The translations under genes were made by a program, and so were the position numbers. From contig NC_068998.1 in the NCBI RefSeq assembly GCF_001194135.2, positions 22,696,202 through 22,760,201 of the forward strand: a stretch of 64,000 nt of DNA. The letters are read 5' to 3'. Source of the DNA: Octopus bimaculoides. Taxonomy: Eukaryota. The notes beneath the pieces are model-generated. The model searched no databases, was not told the origin of the DNA, and saw nothing but the letters and a program-made list of their open reading frames with translations. Shown piece after piece: positions 62,874 through 64,000 of the stretch (within the stretch, counting starts at the first letter, position 1; each line of letters starts with the position of its first letter).

Positions 62874-64000
62874 NNNNNNNNNNNNNNNNNNNNNNNNNNN
62901 NNNNNNNNNNNNNNNNNNNNNNNNNNNNNNNNNNNNNNNNNNNNNNNNNNNNNNNNNNNNNNNNNNNNNNNNNNNNNNNNNNNNNNNNNNNNNNNNNNNN
63001 NNNNNNNNNNNNNNNNNNNNNNNNNNNNNNNNNNNNNNNNNNNNNNNNNNNNNNNNNNNNNNNNNNNNNNNNNNNNNNNNNNNNNNNNNNNNNNNNNNNN
63101 NNNNNNNNNNNNNNNNNNNNNNNNNNNNNNNNNNNNNNNNNNNNNNNNNNNNNNNNNNNNNNNNNNNNNNNNNNNNNNNNNNNNNNNNNNNNNNNNNNNN
63201 NNNNNNNNNNNNNNNNNNNNNNNNNNNNNNNNNNNNNNNNNNNNNNNNNNNNNNNNNNNNNNNNNNNNNNNNNNNNNNNNNNNNNNNNNNNNNNNTATAT
63301 ATATATATATGCATTCTTCACAGAACTCTTGCCGATAGAATGATATCAGTGAAACATGAACTCACTCAGTGGTTAATATTATTTCAATATGTAATTAAAT
63401 TTGCGTGTTGATAATGCTTTAATTTAATTTCTTACACAGATAAAGAACAATTTCATAAATAATAATTAGCTCATTAGTGTGACTTATTGTTTCAAAATGA
63501 ATTTGTATTGACTGACTTATAAGATGTTGCAACATTCAAGTATGAAATAATGAATATTGTTTCCATTTGTTAGTTTTATTTGTGAATATGTCTTCAATTT
63601 TTTCTTTCAAACACCATAATTAAAAAGATCTATGTTACTATTGTTTTATGATAATATTTTAATATTGTAATACCGTTGTATACTTCAAGTTTCCTATGCC
63701 ACAATCGAAAATTATGGGGCGAAAAAGAGCAAGAACAAAACAATATGAAAATTCATAAACACAACAACATATAAACAAAATGAAAGTTTATCAATGCCTA
63801 AAATATTAGATTACTACCAGATTGAATTCAACTAATTTTCAGCAATAGAATAAGCATATTGTTAGACACTACTATAGAAAATTTGAGACCTTAGAATTAT
63901 TTCCAGTTAATTTAGAGTTTTACAATGATCAATAATGATAGCGCTGCTAACATATTAACTTTTGGTGAAATTAGAATATATTTTCCATCGATTTCCGTAG

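Noticed and set aside
3811-63411. Long ORFs of 100-470 aa rich in X, YI, HT, CV, poly-L or poly-I
   Set aside because: They are read-through of N-gaps and di/tri-nucleotide microsatellites, not genes. Only the non-gap part of 43444..44856 is real TE coding sequence.

Overview
AT-rich, microsatellite-dense animal genomic DNA from a gapped short-read scaffold (14 N-runs, most next to simple repeats). The SINE families and repeat landscape look like an octopus or other coleoid cephalopod genome; this is inferred from recognising the repeats, not from a search. I could not support any host protein-coding exon, rRNA or true tRNA gene. Nearly all long ORFs in the supplied track are artefacts of microsatellites or N-gaps. 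The window is a transposable-element graveyard: about seven pieces of R4/Dong-type (RT + CCHC + restriction-like endonuclease) non-LTR retrotransposons mostly tied to (TAA)n arrays; a Tx1/L1-type, an RTE-type and CR1/L2-group LINE remnants; a Penelope-like element (RT + GIY-YIG); piggyBac, hAT (Buster-type) and DD37D-like mariner transposase relics; a Tigger-like MITE; and four or five modular tRNA-derived SINE families. The best leads are: (i) an intact-core minimal hammerhead ribozyme inside a 282-bp inverted repeat at 35.4-35.7 kb, plus a CpG-decayed hammerhead at the Penelope 3' end; (ii) repeated tail-to-tail pairing of SINE (ATT)n tails with Dong elements; (iii) a Dong/Penelope head-to-head composite bracketed by ATT arrays; and (iv) closely spaced inverted SINE pairs that could form dsRNA substrates for ADAR.
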